From contig CAVRAY010000001.1 of assembly GCA_963719225.1 (NCBI GenBank), forward strand, positions 2,080,001 to 2,144,000: 64,000 nucleotides of DNA. Reading direction: 5' to 3'. The position numbers were made by a program, and so were the translations under genes. The notes below the pieces were generated by a model. That model saw nothing but the letters and a program-made list of their open reading frames with translations. It was not told the origin of the DNA and searched no databases. Positions within the stretch are counted from its first letter, which is position 1, and every line of letters begins with the position of its first letter. Positions 1 to 9,789 of this stretch are shown in pieces. This stretch comes from Thermoanaerobaculia bacterium. Its GTDB lineage: Bacteria > Acidobacteriota > Thermoanaerobaculia > UBA5066.

Positions 1-1489
1 ACGTTCCGCCGTAGTTGTCCAGGAGGCCCGTCGTGCCGGTGGAGTGACCCCGCACGGTCAGATAGGGCGTGAGCCTCGAGGCCGCGAGGGAGATGTCCGG
101 TACGTAGCGGGCGCCGTCGGCGGGCAGACCGGCGACGTTCTGCCAGGGCGGGCGCTCGAAGAGAATGCTCTTCCCGCCGCCGCCCGCCGCGCCGTTCTCG
201 TTCCAGGTCGTCTCCGGGACATAGCCCTTGACGGACTTCTTCGTCGTCGGGTCATTCGTCGCGTCCCAGTACGTCGTGGAGAAGTCGTCGCCGTCGTTGA
301 ACTGCGTACCCCCGACGCACGTGGCGTAGGGCGACGAGCAGAGGCCGTTCACGCTCGCCACGTTGGTCGCGACCACGCATCCGGCGACGCCGCTATCGCC
401 CGACGCCACCATCACCGAGATCCCCTGTGCGGCGGCCTGCGCCCAGACGTTCGTGAAAAACGCCGTGTCGGCATCGGAGAAATCCTTCTCGCAGGAGCCA
501 TACGAATAGGAAAGGACGTCCACGAGGTTGTTGCCGACGGCATAGACCGCCGAGAGGTCGGTGCCGTAGGTCGTCCGCGTCGTCTCCGAGGTGATGAGGA
601 GGATCCGCGCGGCCGGGGCGACGGCGCCGGCCCACTGGATGTCGATGTTGCCTTCCAGCTCGTCGTCGATGGGCGAGGTCACGATGCCGGGATCGGGACC
701 GTTCAGAACGACGAGGGGGTCGTTTGCCGGCAGGCCGAAGTACTGCCGGAAAAACGTCGTGTCGGAAACGTTGACGTTCGACTCGGCGAGGATGCCGATG
801 GTCCGGCCGCTGCCGTTCAGGCCGGCGGCCGCGAGGGCATCGACGTTGTAGATCGCGGTGAAATCGGCGGGCGCGAGGTAATGGCTGCCTCCCGAGGTGT
901 ACGCGGGCACGCGGCGCGCGAGCGAACGGCGGCGCGGGAACGAGTGAAGCGAGAGGACTCCCGCGACCCGGCGGGCGAGATCGGCCGGGAGGCGGGGCGG
1001 TTTCACGTTGGCGATCCGGACCTTTCCGTCGGCGAAGACTTCGTGAAGCTCGGTGTCGAACGCCCTTTCCACGTCGGCCGCGCGGCCCGAGAACACGAGC
1101 GCGGCGCGCCCGGCCGGTGCGTTCTCCACCTCGAGTCCGTGGCTCTCGAGCCAGTCCACGAGCGCGGCGACGTCCCCGTCGGAGGCGCCGAAACGCCGTT
1201 CGAACTCCGCGGGCGAGAGCCAGCGGTGGAAGTCCGGCGATGCGGGGTCGTGCTGCCCGGCGAGGAGGCGCGCGAGGCCCGCCGCGTCGCGCTGCGGGAG
1301 GACGAGAATCACCCGATCGAGCCGGACCGATCCCTCCAGCCGCGCGATGTCGCGTGCGCCCGTGACTTCCCGAGGCACCGAGCCCACGTTCGACAGAACG
1401 TCGTCGGGGCGCTCCGCGAACGCGGTGGTTGCCGACGCGAGGAGCAGAGCGGAAACAATGGTCATCGGGCGCGGAAAGAGCGAAATCAT
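1..1489 (-). CDS. S53 family (sedolisin/kumamolisin-like) serine protease with pro-domain; runs off the left edge
   Basis: Translated by hand (not in ORF track): signal peptide, pro-domain (QHDPASPDFHRWLSPAEFERRFG), ExxxD (ELEGNIDIQW), SYSYG, ASGDSG, VPDIS; the window ends at NYGGT, just before the expected catalytic Ser. Confidence 0.9.
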   Translation of the reverse strand, partial: MISLFPRPMTIVSALLLASATTAFAERPDDVLSNVGSVPREVTGARDIARLEGSVRLDRVILVLPQRDAAGLARLLAGQHDPASPDFHRWLSPAEFERRFGASDGDVAALVDWLESHGLEVENAPAGRAALVFSGRAADVERAFDTELHEVFADGKVRIANVKPPRLPADLARRVAGVLSLHSFPRRRSLARRVPAYTSGGSHYLAPADFTAIYNVDALAAAGLNGSGRTIGILAESNVNVSDTTFFRQYFGLPANDPLVVLNGPDPGIVTSPIDDELEGNIDIQWAGAVAPAARILLITSETTRTTYGTDLSAVYAVGNNLVDVLSYSYGSCEKDFSDADTAFFTNVWAQAAAQGISVMVASGDSGVAGCVVATNVASVNGLCSSPYATCVGGTQFNDGDDFSTTYWDATNDPTTKKSVKGYVPETTWNENGAAGGGGKSILFERPPWQNVAGLPADGARYVPDISLAASRLTPYLTVRGHSTGTTGLLDNYGGT

Positions 1490-1538
1490 GGAAGGTCCCT
1501 CGCCTCGGAAGTGCACGGGAGGTGCCAGCCCTGACCGG

Positions 1539-2153
1539 TCAGGCGGACGGCGGCGCCTCGCGGCCAGGCCGCCGCCTCCCGAACAGGTCGAGGAAGCGCG
1601 CCATCCGCGGGATCGTGAGGATGAAGATGAGGCCGATCGCCATCACGACCACGAGAGCGACCAGCGGCAGGAAGATGGATACGAGGCTCTGAAGGAACGC
1701 GACGATGTCCTCCGCGAGGGACAGTGCGACGTTCGCGACGCCCGCGGTGAGAGCCGTCGACGTGAGACGCGTGGCGCTCTTCACGAGATGAGAGACGAGG
1801 GCGACGGTTCCACCCGACCCGGCCGCGATGACGTCCAGGAGGGTCGATCCCTCGGTCTGGACCGCGGCGAGAGCGACGACCGCGCCCACGATAGGCCGGA
1901 CGAAGGAGTGGAGGAGATGCCAGAAATGATCGAGGCCCGGGATCTTGTCGGCAAAGAACTCCATGAGAAAGAGGACTGCCGCCACCCCGAGAGCCGGAGT
2001 CGAGGCGAGGAGACGAGCGATCGCGCCGGGATAATCCTCGGGAAAGAAGCGCGCCATCGCCCCGTAGACGAGCAGCACCGCGTAGGAATTGAGTCCCGCC
2101 GCCGCCGACAGCCCGAGTCCGGTGCCGAAGAGCTGGGGCAACCCGCCCGTCAT
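1539..2153 (-). CDS. DUF4126-like membrane protein
   Basis: GLSAAAGLNSY, EFFADKIPGLDH, SLAEDI motifs; several hydrophobic helices. Confidence 0.8.
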   Translation of the reverse strand: MTGGLPQLFGTGLGLSAAAGLNSYAVLLVYGAMARFFPEDYPGAIARLLASTPALGVAAVLFLMEFFADKIPGLDHFWHLLHSFVRPIVGAVVALAAVQTEGSTLLDVIAAGSGGTVALVSHLVKSATRLTSTALTAGVANVALSLAEDIVAFLQSLVSIFLPLVALVVVMAIGLIFILTIPRMARFLDLFGRRRPGREAPPSA

Positions 2154-3664
2154 CGCCCCGCCTTGGCAGAGATATCCGAAAGCGCCGATTGCGCCCGGCG
2201 GTTCGCCGGGTCGAGCCGCATGACCTCTTTCAGGGCCCTCACGCGCTCCGGCTCATTCCTTTCGTGCAGGCAGGCCTCGGCCAGCTCCCACCAGAGCTCG
2301 ACGTTCTCGGGGATGTACTTGACGGCCCGCCGCATGGTCTCCGTGGCGTGCCGGACCCACTTCGGGTTCTTGCGCTGAATCCTCGCGAGGAGCACCCAGT
2401 ATTCCTTCTGGCTGGGGTCGAACTCGACCGCCTGGCGTGTCATCTCGTACGCCGGATAGAAATCCTCCTCCTCGTACAAGGTCTTCGCACGGGAGTAGTT
2501 CTTCCGGGCGATCTCCTTCTGGACCTCCATCGTCGGCGCCGTGCCCGGCAGAGAGATGGTGTCCGCGCTCACCTCGAGCGTCCTGTCGTACGCGAGACGC
2601 GTCTCGGGAGTCCGGAACGCGCGTTCGGCGATCCGGATGCGTGAGAAGAGCGCCTCGAGGGCGTCGCGGGCGTCCCCGAGATGCGACTTCAAATGATGGT
2701 CGGGATGGAAGAGGCGCGCGCGTTCGTGGAGAGCCTTTGCGAGGTTCTCGATCGGTTCCTCGGGCTCGACGCCAAGGAGGTCGTAGTGTGTCGCCCAATC
2801 CAGGCGCCGATACGTGTTCCAGACGACTTCGCGCTGGACCTCGTATTGCTCCGCGATCCGCGCGGCGGGCTGCGCCCCCGCGATCTCGACGTTCAGGAAC
2901 AGAAGGCCTTCGGCGACGCCGGTCTTTTCGATGGGCCTCCCCTGGGCCACCAGCTGGATGAGCCCGGTGGCCGCGAGCCGCGCGACGATGCGCTGGTCGC
3001 GGTGGATCTGCTCCACGGTCGTGGCCCCGTCCACCTTTCCGAGCACCTCCGCTTCCTCGGCCGATACGAGAACCCCCTGATAGCGGAGAAGGAGATCGGG
3101 AGCGAAGGCCGGCCGCGCCCCCGGATCCAGGGGGGAGTTGAGCTGCGACGAAGGAGCGGGCAGGCGGCGCAGTGCCTCGAGGAGCATTCCGCCCGTCGGA
3201 CGATCCATCTTCGCGGGGACGCTGGGCGCGGCATCCAGAGGCGTGACCGTGAAGACTCCTTTCGTCCAGCGGAGTGTGTCGAAGAAGAGGCGCTCTGAGA
3301 GGGCGCGGACGGCGGCCTCCGCGACGTATGAGGGAACGGCTCCCGACTCGGTGAGCGCCCGGGCGAGGCCCTGACCGGGCTCGTTGAGCGCCTTCTCGAA
3401 CGCCGACATGAGGAGGTTCTCGTCCGCGAGACCGAACGTGCGGAGAAGCTCTCCGACGAGCTGGGCCTCGCGATTCGAGCTCGCGAAGAGGATCTGGCCC
3501 CGATCGAACGAGAAGGTGCGCTCCTCGCCGCTCCTGGCGACGAGCAGCTTCGCCGTCGCCCGTTCACGGTAGACGCTTCGAATGACCTCCGCGAACGGGA
3601 TTCGCTCGAGCGACCCACCCGTCAGCACCTTGGGCCGGATGCGGCTGTCGCTGGCGGGGTTCAT
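2150..3664 (-). CDS. DUF4388-like N-domain + DnaJ (J) domain + TPR protein
   Basis: Start MNPASD overlaps the uvrC stop (ATGA); GSLERIPFAEV / FDRGQILFASSN (DUF4388-like); THYDLLGV...FHPD J-domain; C-terminal TPR-like helices. Confidence 0.75.
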   Translation of the reverse strand: MNPASDSRIRPKVLTGGSLERIPFAEVIRSVYRERATAKLLVARSGEERTFSFDRGQILFASSNREAQLVGELLRTFGLADENLLMSAFEKALNEPGQGLARALTESGAVPSYVAEAAVRALSERLFFDTLRWTKGVFTVTPLDAAPSVPAKMDRPTGGMLLEALRRLPAPSSQLNSPLDPGARPAFAPDLLLRYQGVLVSAEEAEVLGKVDGATTVEQIHRDQRIVARLAATGLIQLVAQGRPIEKTGVAEGLLFLNVEIAGAQPAARIAEQYEVQREVVWNTYRRLDWATHYDLLGVEPEEPIENLAKALHERARLFHPDHHLKSHLGDARDALEALFSRIRIAERAFRTPETRLAYDRTLEVSADTISLPGTAPTMEVQKEIARKNYSRAKTLYEEEDFYPAYEMTRQAVEFDPSQKEYWVLLARIQRKNPKWVRHATETMRRAVKYIPENVELWWELAEACLHERNEPERVRALKEVMRLDPANRRAQSALSDISAKAGR

Positions 3665-5502
3665 TCCTCCGAAAGTGTAGCAGCGCCAACCGATCTTTCG
3701 GCTTCGCGAGTCTCCCGGAATCTCGTGATTCGCGCGGCGACCGCCTTCCCGGCGACCGCCGCGAGCGCTTCGTCCGTGGCCGCGAGGACCGCCTCGGCGC
3801 CGCCGAAAGCGGCGAGAAGCGTCCTCACGCGCGCGGGTCCCAGGCCGCCGATCGCGAGGAGCGGGCTCTCGAGGGCATGCTTGCCGCGCGCCCGCCTGTG
3901 CGTCTTCAGGCCGAACCGATGCGCCTCGTCGCGCGCCCGCTGGAGAAGCTTCAGGCCGGCGTTCGTCCGCGGCAGCACGATCGGCGCGGAGCGGCCCGGC
4001 ACGAACACCTGCTCCTCGCGCTTGGCGAGCGAGGCGGCGGCCATGTCGATTCCGATCCGGTCGAGCGCCCCGAGGGCCGCCGAAAGCTGGCCCTTGCCGC
4101 CGTCGATCACGAGAAGGTCCGGCAGCGGCCTCCCCTCGTCTTTCGCATGCGCGTAACGGCGCGAAACAGCCTCGGCGATGGACGCGAAGTCGTCGACCCC
4201 GGGCCGCTCGATGCGGAAGAGGCGGTACTCGCTTTTCGCGGGCTCGCCGTCCACGAAGACCGCGCACGACGCGTAGGTCTCGCTCCCCGAGAGGTGCGAA
4301 ATGTCGAAGCACTCGATCCGGGACGGCCGGCGGTCCAGGTCGAGGGCCCTCGCGAGGGCGAGCGTCGCCTTCTCGCCGCGCTCCCGCACGCGCCGGAAGC
4401 GCCTGAGGTGGTTCTGCCGCGCGTTGTCGCGGGCGATCTGGACCCGCTCGAAGGCCGCGCCCCGTCGCGGCGTCTTGATGACGACTTTCGAGCCCCGCCG
4501 CTCGGACAACCAGGTCTCGATCGGCTCGAGGGCGTCCTCGGGAAGATCAATCGGCAGGAGAACCTCGCGCGGCAGGAAAGAGCCGTCCGCGATCGTGTCG
4601 TAGTACTGCGAGAGGAGTGAAACCCAGAACTCCTCGGGAGGCACGTCGCCGATCCCCTCCCAGTAGTACTCGCGCGAATCGAGGACCACGCCTCCGCGCA
4701 CGAGGAGAACGGAAATCGCCAGATTCCCTCCGTCGAAGAAATCTCCGAAGACGTCCACGTCCTCGCCCGAGAGCGACTGGACGCGCTGTTTCTCCGCGAG
4801 CTCCTCGACCGTGCGCAGGCAATCACGGTATGCCGCCGCCATCTCGAAGCTCTCCGATTCGGCCGCCGCGCGCATCTTCACCTCGAGGCGCGGCCTCAGC
4901 TCTTCGTTCCGCCCGGAGAGGAACAGAAGCACATCCTTCACGGCGTCCGCATACGCGCTCGTCGTCGTGAGCCCGGCCACACATGGCCCGAGGCAGGCGT
5001 GCATGTCGTAATAGAGGCACGGGCGCGGCAGCGTGCCGTCGATCTCGATTCGGCACGTGCGGATCTGGAACATCCTCTGGACCATCTTCATCGCCCCGCG
5101 GCACGTGCGCGCCGGGAGAAAAGGCCCGAAATAGCTGTGGCCGTCCCTCAGCACCCGCCGCGTCACGAACGCGCGCGGCCAGTCCTCCCCCGTCGTGACC
5201 TTGATGTAGGGGTACGTCTTGTCGTCGCGAAGGAGGATGTTGTAGCGCGGCTTGTGCTTCTTGATGAACGCGTTCTCGAGGGCGAGCGCCTCACTCTCGG
5301 TCTTGGCGACGACCGTGTCGATCGAGACGAACTCGGCGAGCATCGCCTCGGTGCGGACGTGCCTCGGACCCGTGCTGAAGTACGACGCGAGCCGCTTGCG
5401 GATCGACCGCGCCTTCCCAACGTAGAGGATCTTCCCCTTCGCGTCCTTGTAGAGGTAGATCCCGGGCTGGTCGGGGTAGAGGGAAAGGTCGGGAACACCC
5501 AC
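3661..5502 (-). CDS. uvrC: Excinuclease ABC subunit C
   Basis: GIY-YIG (PGIYLY...LYVGKA), CLYY..CLGPC, RIECFDISH, IDGGKGQ, RDEAHRF, HhH tail. Confidence 0.97.
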   Translation of the reverse strand: MGVPDLSLYPDQPGIYLYKDAKGKILYVGKARSIRKRLASYFSTGPRHVRTEAMLAEFVSIDTVVAKTESEALALENAFIKKHKPRYNILLRDDKTYPYIKVTTGEDWPRAFVTRRVLRDGHSYFGPFLPARTCRGAMKMVQRMFQIRTCRIEIDGTLPRPCLYYDMHACLGPCVAGLTTTSAYADAVKDVLLFLSGRNEELRPRLEVKMRAAAESESFEMAAAYRDCLRTVEELAEKQRVQSLSGEDVDVFGDFFDGGNLAISVLLVRGGVVLDSREYYWEGIGDVPPEEFWVSLLSQYYDTIADGSFLPREVLLPIDLPEDALEPIETWLSERRGSKVVIKTPRRGAAFERVQIARDNARQNHLRRFRRVRERGEKATLALARALDLDRRPSRIECFDISHLSGSETYASCAVFVDGEPAKSEYRLFRIERPGVDDFASIAEAVSRRYAHAKDEGRPLPDLLVIDGGKGQLSAALGALDRIGIDMAAASLAKREEQVFVPGRSAPIVLPRTNAGLKLLQRARDEAHRFGLKTHRRARGKHALESPLLAIGGLGPARVRTLLAAFGGAEAVLAATDEALAAVAGKAVAARITRFRETREAERSVGAATLSEE

Positions 5503-5551
5503 GGGGAAAGTCTAACGTCCGGCGGGCGCGGATTCTTCCGGGCGACGGCCT

Positions 5552-6193
5552 TCAGCCTCGTTCCTGGGGTCCCTCGCCGGCGTGCTGGGCCAGCTCCCAG
5601 AGGCGGCGGTACTCGGCGCGGACGCTCAGGTCGAGCCTCTTGTCGAAATCGACCGGAAGCCGCAGCTCCTCGATGAGGCGCTGAACGTCTCCCAGATCGA
5701 CGTGGAGGCGGTGCGGCGCCGAGAGGCCGGAAGCGATCTTCATCTCGATGAGCTTTTCGAGAGCAACGACGGCGTAGCCGCCACGGTCCACGGCGACCTT
5801 CGCTGGATCCGGAAAGACGACAGGTTTCGGTTTGCCGTCGCCAGGGAATTCGCCCGTCGTGAGCACCTCGATCTTGACGCCCGTCTCCGGGTCCCGAAAC
5901 GACTTGCGTGCCCCCGAGAAAGCGAGAACATAGCCGCGACCGACGAGGCGCTGATGGAACCGCTCCAGACCTTCGCGGTTCATCAGAACGTCGACATCCA
6001 CGGTTTCCCGCCGGTAGCCGTATAGATTCAAGGCCATGCCGCCGACGATGGCGTATGGAATCGACTCTTCCGCAAGGCGATCCACGAGCGAGCGGAGCGT
6101 GGTGTGAACCGCGCCTTTGCCGGCGAAGAAGTTCTCCGACTCTCGCAGGATCTCGTCCGCCGATCTCGCGTCCGGATATCGGATCTCGCTCAC
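5552..6193 (-). CDS. Stand-alone nucleotidyltransferase-fold protein
   Basis: VGGMAL..YG..RETVDVD (GG...DxD) signature; LIEMK and DLGD C-terminal motifs. Confidence 0.7.
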   Translation of the reverse strand: MSEIRYPDARSADEILRESENFFAGKGAVHTTLRSLVDRLAEESIPYAIVGGMALNLYGYRRETVDVDVLMNREGLERFHQRLVGRGYVLAFSGARKSFRDPETGVKIEVLTTGEFPGDGKPKPVVFPDPAKVAVDRGGYAVVALEKLIEMKIASGLSAPHRLHVDLGDVQRLIEELRLPVDFDKRLDLSVRAEYRRLWELAQHAGEGPQERG

Positions 6194-6219
6194 ACGACGA
6201 TTCTACGTTTCAGCAGCGC

Positions 6220-7869
6220 TCAGAACACCTTCCCGAGCCGCGAGGCGAGCGCCGAGACCTTCACGTAACCGAAGAACCGGCCGCTGCCCAGGAGCCCGAG
6301 GGCGTCGGGGACCTTCGTGAGCGGATCGTTCGAGTAGAGAGTGCCGAATGCGCTCCTCGTGAACGCGTGGAACGCGGCGTCGTACGGGTACCACCACGGC
6401 ATCGCCGGCGTGCCCCCGAAGTCCACGCTCACGTGCTTGATGTTCACGAGCTCGTGGAGGCCGAAGCCCGCGTGGCTCCGGCCGAGGCCGGACTTCTTCA
6501 CGCCGCCCCACGTCGCGGTGGGCTCGCCGAAGGAGAACAGGTGGTCGTTGATCGTGACCGTGCCCGCCTGCAGCTCCTCCGCGAGCTTCCGCGCGGTCCG
6601 CCGCGAGCGCGTCCACCCCGAGGCGGTCAGCCCGAACGAGGAGTCGTTCGCGAGCCGGATGGCCTCGTCGAGCGAGTCCACCGACATGACGGGAAGGAGC
6701 GGCCCGAACGTCTCGTCGCACATGGCGTGCATCGCGTGGTCGACGCCCGTGAGGACGGTCGGAGGGAACCACCATCCTTTCGCGCTCGGGCGCTCGCCTC
6801 CCACGAGGACTTTCGCGCCCTTCGACACGGCGTCCTGGAGATGTTCCTCCACGAGGTCCCGCTGGCTCGACGTCGTGAGTGGACCCATGTCGGTCGTCTT
6901 CGAGAGCGGATTGCCGAGGCGAAGCGCCTTCGTCCGCGCGACGATCTTCGAAAGCAGCTCGTCGGCGACCTCCTTCACGACGTAGACGCGCTCGACGGAG
7001 CCGCAGGTCTGGCCGGCGTTCACGAACGCCCCCCAGACGAGGCCCGCGGCTGTCCGGTCGAGGTCCGCGTCGGCCGCCACGACCGCCGCGTCCTTGCCGC
7101 CGAGCTCGAGCACGACGCCCGTGAGGTTCTTCGCCGCGCGCTGCATGACCTCGACGCCCGTCTGGACGGACCCCGTGAAGAGCACTTTCGCGATGCCTGT
7201 GTGCTCGATGAGGACGTTCGTGTCCGCGCCGCCGGCCGTCACGACGTTCACGACACCGGGCGGCAGGCCCGCGCGCCGGCAGAGGTCTCCGACGGCGAGA
7301 CCCGTGAGCGCCGTGGCCGACGCGGGCTTCAGGACGACCGTATTACCCGCCGCGAGGCACGCCGCGATCTCGACGAACGGGATTCCGAACGGGAAGTTCC
7401 AGGGCGTCACGACCGCGATGACGCCGAGAGGCTCGAAGCGGAAGCGGCCCTGCTTGTGCGCGAAGAGGATCTGCGCGTAGTCGATGGGCTGCTCGGCGAG
7501 GAGCGCGCCCGCGTGGCGCGAAAGGTACCGGAGCGTGTCGGCTGCGGGCACGATGTCCACCGCACGCGCCTCGCCCACGGGCTTGCCCTGCTCGGTCGCG
7601 ACGAGGCGGGCCACGTCGTCGTGCGCGCGGCGCACTTCCTCGAGGAGGCGTGCGAGGTACCTCTGCCGGTCGGCCACCGGGGTCTTCGACCACGAGAGGA
7701 AAGCCTTCCGGGCCGAGCCGACGGCCATGTCGATCTCGCGCGGCCCGGCCCGGACCACCTCCGCGAACGGCTCCTCCGTGGCGGGGTTCACGGCCGCGAA
7801 AACGGCGCCCGTCTTAACGTCCTGGCCGTCGATGATCGGCGCGTTCGTGAAGGGGAACGAAGACTTCAA
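6220..7869 (-). CDS. Aldehyde dehydrogenase family protein
   Basis: TPWNFP, KPAS, FTGS, ELGGKD, NAGQTC, ETFGP; TTG start overlapping the upstream TGA (start inferred). Confidence 0.92.
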   Translation of the reverse strand: MKSSFPFTNAPIIDGQDVKTGAVFAAVNPATEEPFAEVVRAGPREIDMAVGSARKAFLSWSKTPVADRQRYLARLLEEVRRAHDDVARLVATEQGKPVGEARAVDIVPAADTLRYLSRHAGALLAEQPIDYAQILFAHKQGRFRFEPLGVIAVVTPWNFPFGIPFVEIAACLAAGNTVVLKPASATALTGLAVGDLCRRAGLPPGVVNVVTAGGADTNVLIEHTGIAKVLFTGSVQTGVEVMQRAAKNLTGVVLELGGKDAAVVAADADLDRTAAGLVWGAFVNAGQTCGSVERVYVVKEVADELLSKIVARTKALRLGNPLSKTTDMGPLTTSSQRDLVEEHLQDAVSKGAKVLVGGERPSAKGWWFPPTVLTGVDHAMHAMCDETFGPLLPVMSVDSLDEAIRLANDSSFGLTASGWTRSRRTARKLAEELQAGTVTINDHLFSFGEPTATWGGVKKSGLGRSHAGFGLHELVNIKHVSVDFGGTPAMPWWYPYDAAFHAFTRSAFGTLYSNDPLTKVPDALGLLGSGRFFGYVKVSALASRLGKVF

Positions 7870-8975
7870 ATCATCGCTCCGCGCTTGATCGTGTCTTTCT
7901 TCGTCCGCCAGAAGGCGACGAGCTTCTGGACGTAGTCCACGAACGGGGGGCAAACGACGCCGAAGCGCGCGAGGTCCGCCGTGGCCTGCGTCGAGTCGTA
8001 GCTCACGGGATGGTCGAAGTAGTCGATCGACTGAACGGGCATCCCGAACCGCTTCTGGATCACGGCCGGCGTGAAGAGGAGCTTCGCGACGAGGTGCGGG
8101 ACGGGCACGTAGACGAACGACTTCCCGAGCGCCTTCGCGAACATCTCCTCGATCTCGAACGCGGTCGACGGATGCGGGTCCGTGAGGTGATACGTCTTTC
8201 CGACCGCGCCTTCCCACGTCGAGAGGCGCGCGATCGCCTCGAGGACGAAGTCCACCGGCACGAGGTTTACCGGGGCGTCTCCCGTCCCAACCTTGATGAA
8301 GGCGCCGGGCGACGGCAGGACTCCCATCGCGTTCAGCGAGTAGTAGGGGCCATCGAACTTCGCCGTCTCCCCCGTCTTCGAGCTGCCCACGACGATGCCC
8401 GGCCGGTAAATCGCCGCCGGCACACCGCTTTCCTTGACGGCCACCTCGGCGAGGAACTTCGTCTCTTCATAGAAGTTCTTGAAGTTCTGCCCGACGTCGA
8501 GGTCCGTCTCCCGGTACGTCCCGACGGCGGTGCCCGAGACGTACGCCGTCGAGACGTAGTCGAGGCGCCGGAGGGAAGGCGCGTTCCCGAGGAACTCGAG
8601 GACGTTCTTCGTGCCCTCGACGTTGATGCGCATGCCCACGTCGCGTTGGACCGCGAGGTCGTAGACGGCCGCGAGGTGGCAGCAGCCCGCGAGGCTCTTC
8701 TGGAGCTCCTTCGCCTTCGACGCGGCGAGGCCGAGGCCGGGCGCCGTGATGTCGCCGACGACGAGGCGGATGCGGCCTTTCGTGCCGGGATGCTCCTGGG
8801 CGAGCGCGGCGACGGACCCGTCGGCCGTCGCGAGAAACTTCTCCTGGACGAGCGCGTGAAAGGTCGTGTCGGGCGCGAGCTCGAGGAGGCGCGGGATGAG
8901 ACGCGCGCCGATGAACCCGGGAAAGCCCGTGAAGAGGACGTGCCGGCCTCCGGAAGAGGAGCGGGATCTGGCCAT
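7866..8975 (-). CDS. Extended SDR oxidoreductase (male-sterility/thioester-reductase-like)
   Basis: TGFPGFIG Rossmann motif, HLAA, STAYVSG, YEETK (YxxxK), YRPGIVVG. Confidence 0.88.
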   Translation of the reverse strand: MARSRSSSGGRHVLFTGFPGFIGARLIPRLLELAPDTTFHALVQEKFLATADGSVAALAQEHPGTKGRIRLVVGDITAPGLGLAASKAKELQKSLAGCCHLAAVYDLAVQRDVGMRINVEGTKNVLEFLGNAPSLRRLDYVSTAYVSGTAVGTYRETDLDVGQNFKNFYEETKFLAEVAVKESGVPAAIYRPGIVVGSSKTGETAKFDGPYYSLNAMGVLPSPGAFIKVGTGDAPVNLVPVDFVLEAIARLSTWEGAVGKTYHLTDPHPSTAFEIEEMFAKALGKSFVYVPVPHLVAKLLFTPAVIQKRFGMPVQSIDYFDHPVSYDSTQATADLARFGVVCPPFVDYVQKLVAFWRTKKDTIKRGAMI

Positions 8976-8997
8976 AAGAGTGAAAGTGTAGCCCCTG

Positions 8998-9789
8998 CTA
9001 AAGCTCCGTGCCAAAGGCCGGATCCTCCAGCAGCCGGCGATTGAAGTCCGCGATCCGCCCGAGCATTTCGGTCGGGCGCGCGCACGGCCCGCCGTCGAGC
9101 GTGACGATCGGCGTCGCCATCGTCAACGAGCCGAGGAGAATCGAACCCGCACGGAGGTTTTCCGCGTTCAGCGGCGCCGAGGCGGCGTGGCCGCCGAAAA
9201 AGGCCGCCGCGGTGACGCTGGGGAGGACCCCTTTCGGCGCGAGGACCGGCGTGCCGCCGTTCCAGGCGGCAAGTCCCGTCGTCGTGCCCTCGAGGTAGTT
9301 CCCATCCGGTGAGCGGAACAACCCCTCGTCACCGCCGGCTTTCTTCGCGAGACGCCCCCCCTGGATCGCCGCGAAGTAGCTCGTGGATTTCACGCCGGGC
9401 GTGTCCCGTTGAAGCTCGAAGGGCAGAGAAATGCAGTGCGAGCCGCTCCTGCGGACGAGACGGCTCTCGGGAATCGGCAGGATGTGTGCCTCGAGGCGGT
9501 ACGACGCCGGCTCGTCCACGTCCTCGCCCTCGGCGAACCACGTGAGCCGCAGCGCGCGCTGTTCCGCCGGCTTGGAGGGCGACGCGTCGAGGACGGATTT
9601 CGCGGCGGCGTTGAGCCTTTCGCGCGAAGGTTTCGGGAGGTCGTGCTCCGAGAGGATGCGGTGCATCCGGTCGAGGTGCGGCTCCCACAGGACGGCGCGC
9701 CGCCCGGCGAGGAGAGCCGTTTCGAAGAAACCGAAGCCGCGCTGTACGGCGGGCGAGAGAAACGGGACCGGCGCGTATTCAGGGCTCAC
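8998..9789 (-). CDS. Class IV aminotransferase, probable aminodeoxychorismate lyase (PabC-like)
   Basis: RGFGFFET, HLDR, KSTSY, DEGLF, EGTTT, VLPSVT; directly downstream of pabB; GTG start inferred. Confidence 0.75.
   Translation of the reverse strand: MSPEYAPVPFLSPAVQRGFGFFETALLAGRRAVLWEPHLDRMHRILSEHDLPKPSRERLNAAAKSVLDASPSKPAEQRALRLTWFAEGEDVDEPASYRLEAHILPIPESRLVRRSGSHCISLPFELQRDTPGVKSTSYFAAIQGGRLAKKAGGDEGLFRSPDGNYLEGTTTGLAAWNGGTPVLAPKGVLPSVTAAAFFGGHAASAPLNAENLRAGSILLGSLTMATPIVTLDGGPCARPTEMLGRIADFNRRLLEDPAFGTEL

Noticed and set aside
44-1534. 496 aa plus-strand ORF
   Set aside because: Antisense shadow of the S53 protease, which has clear motifs on the minus strand.
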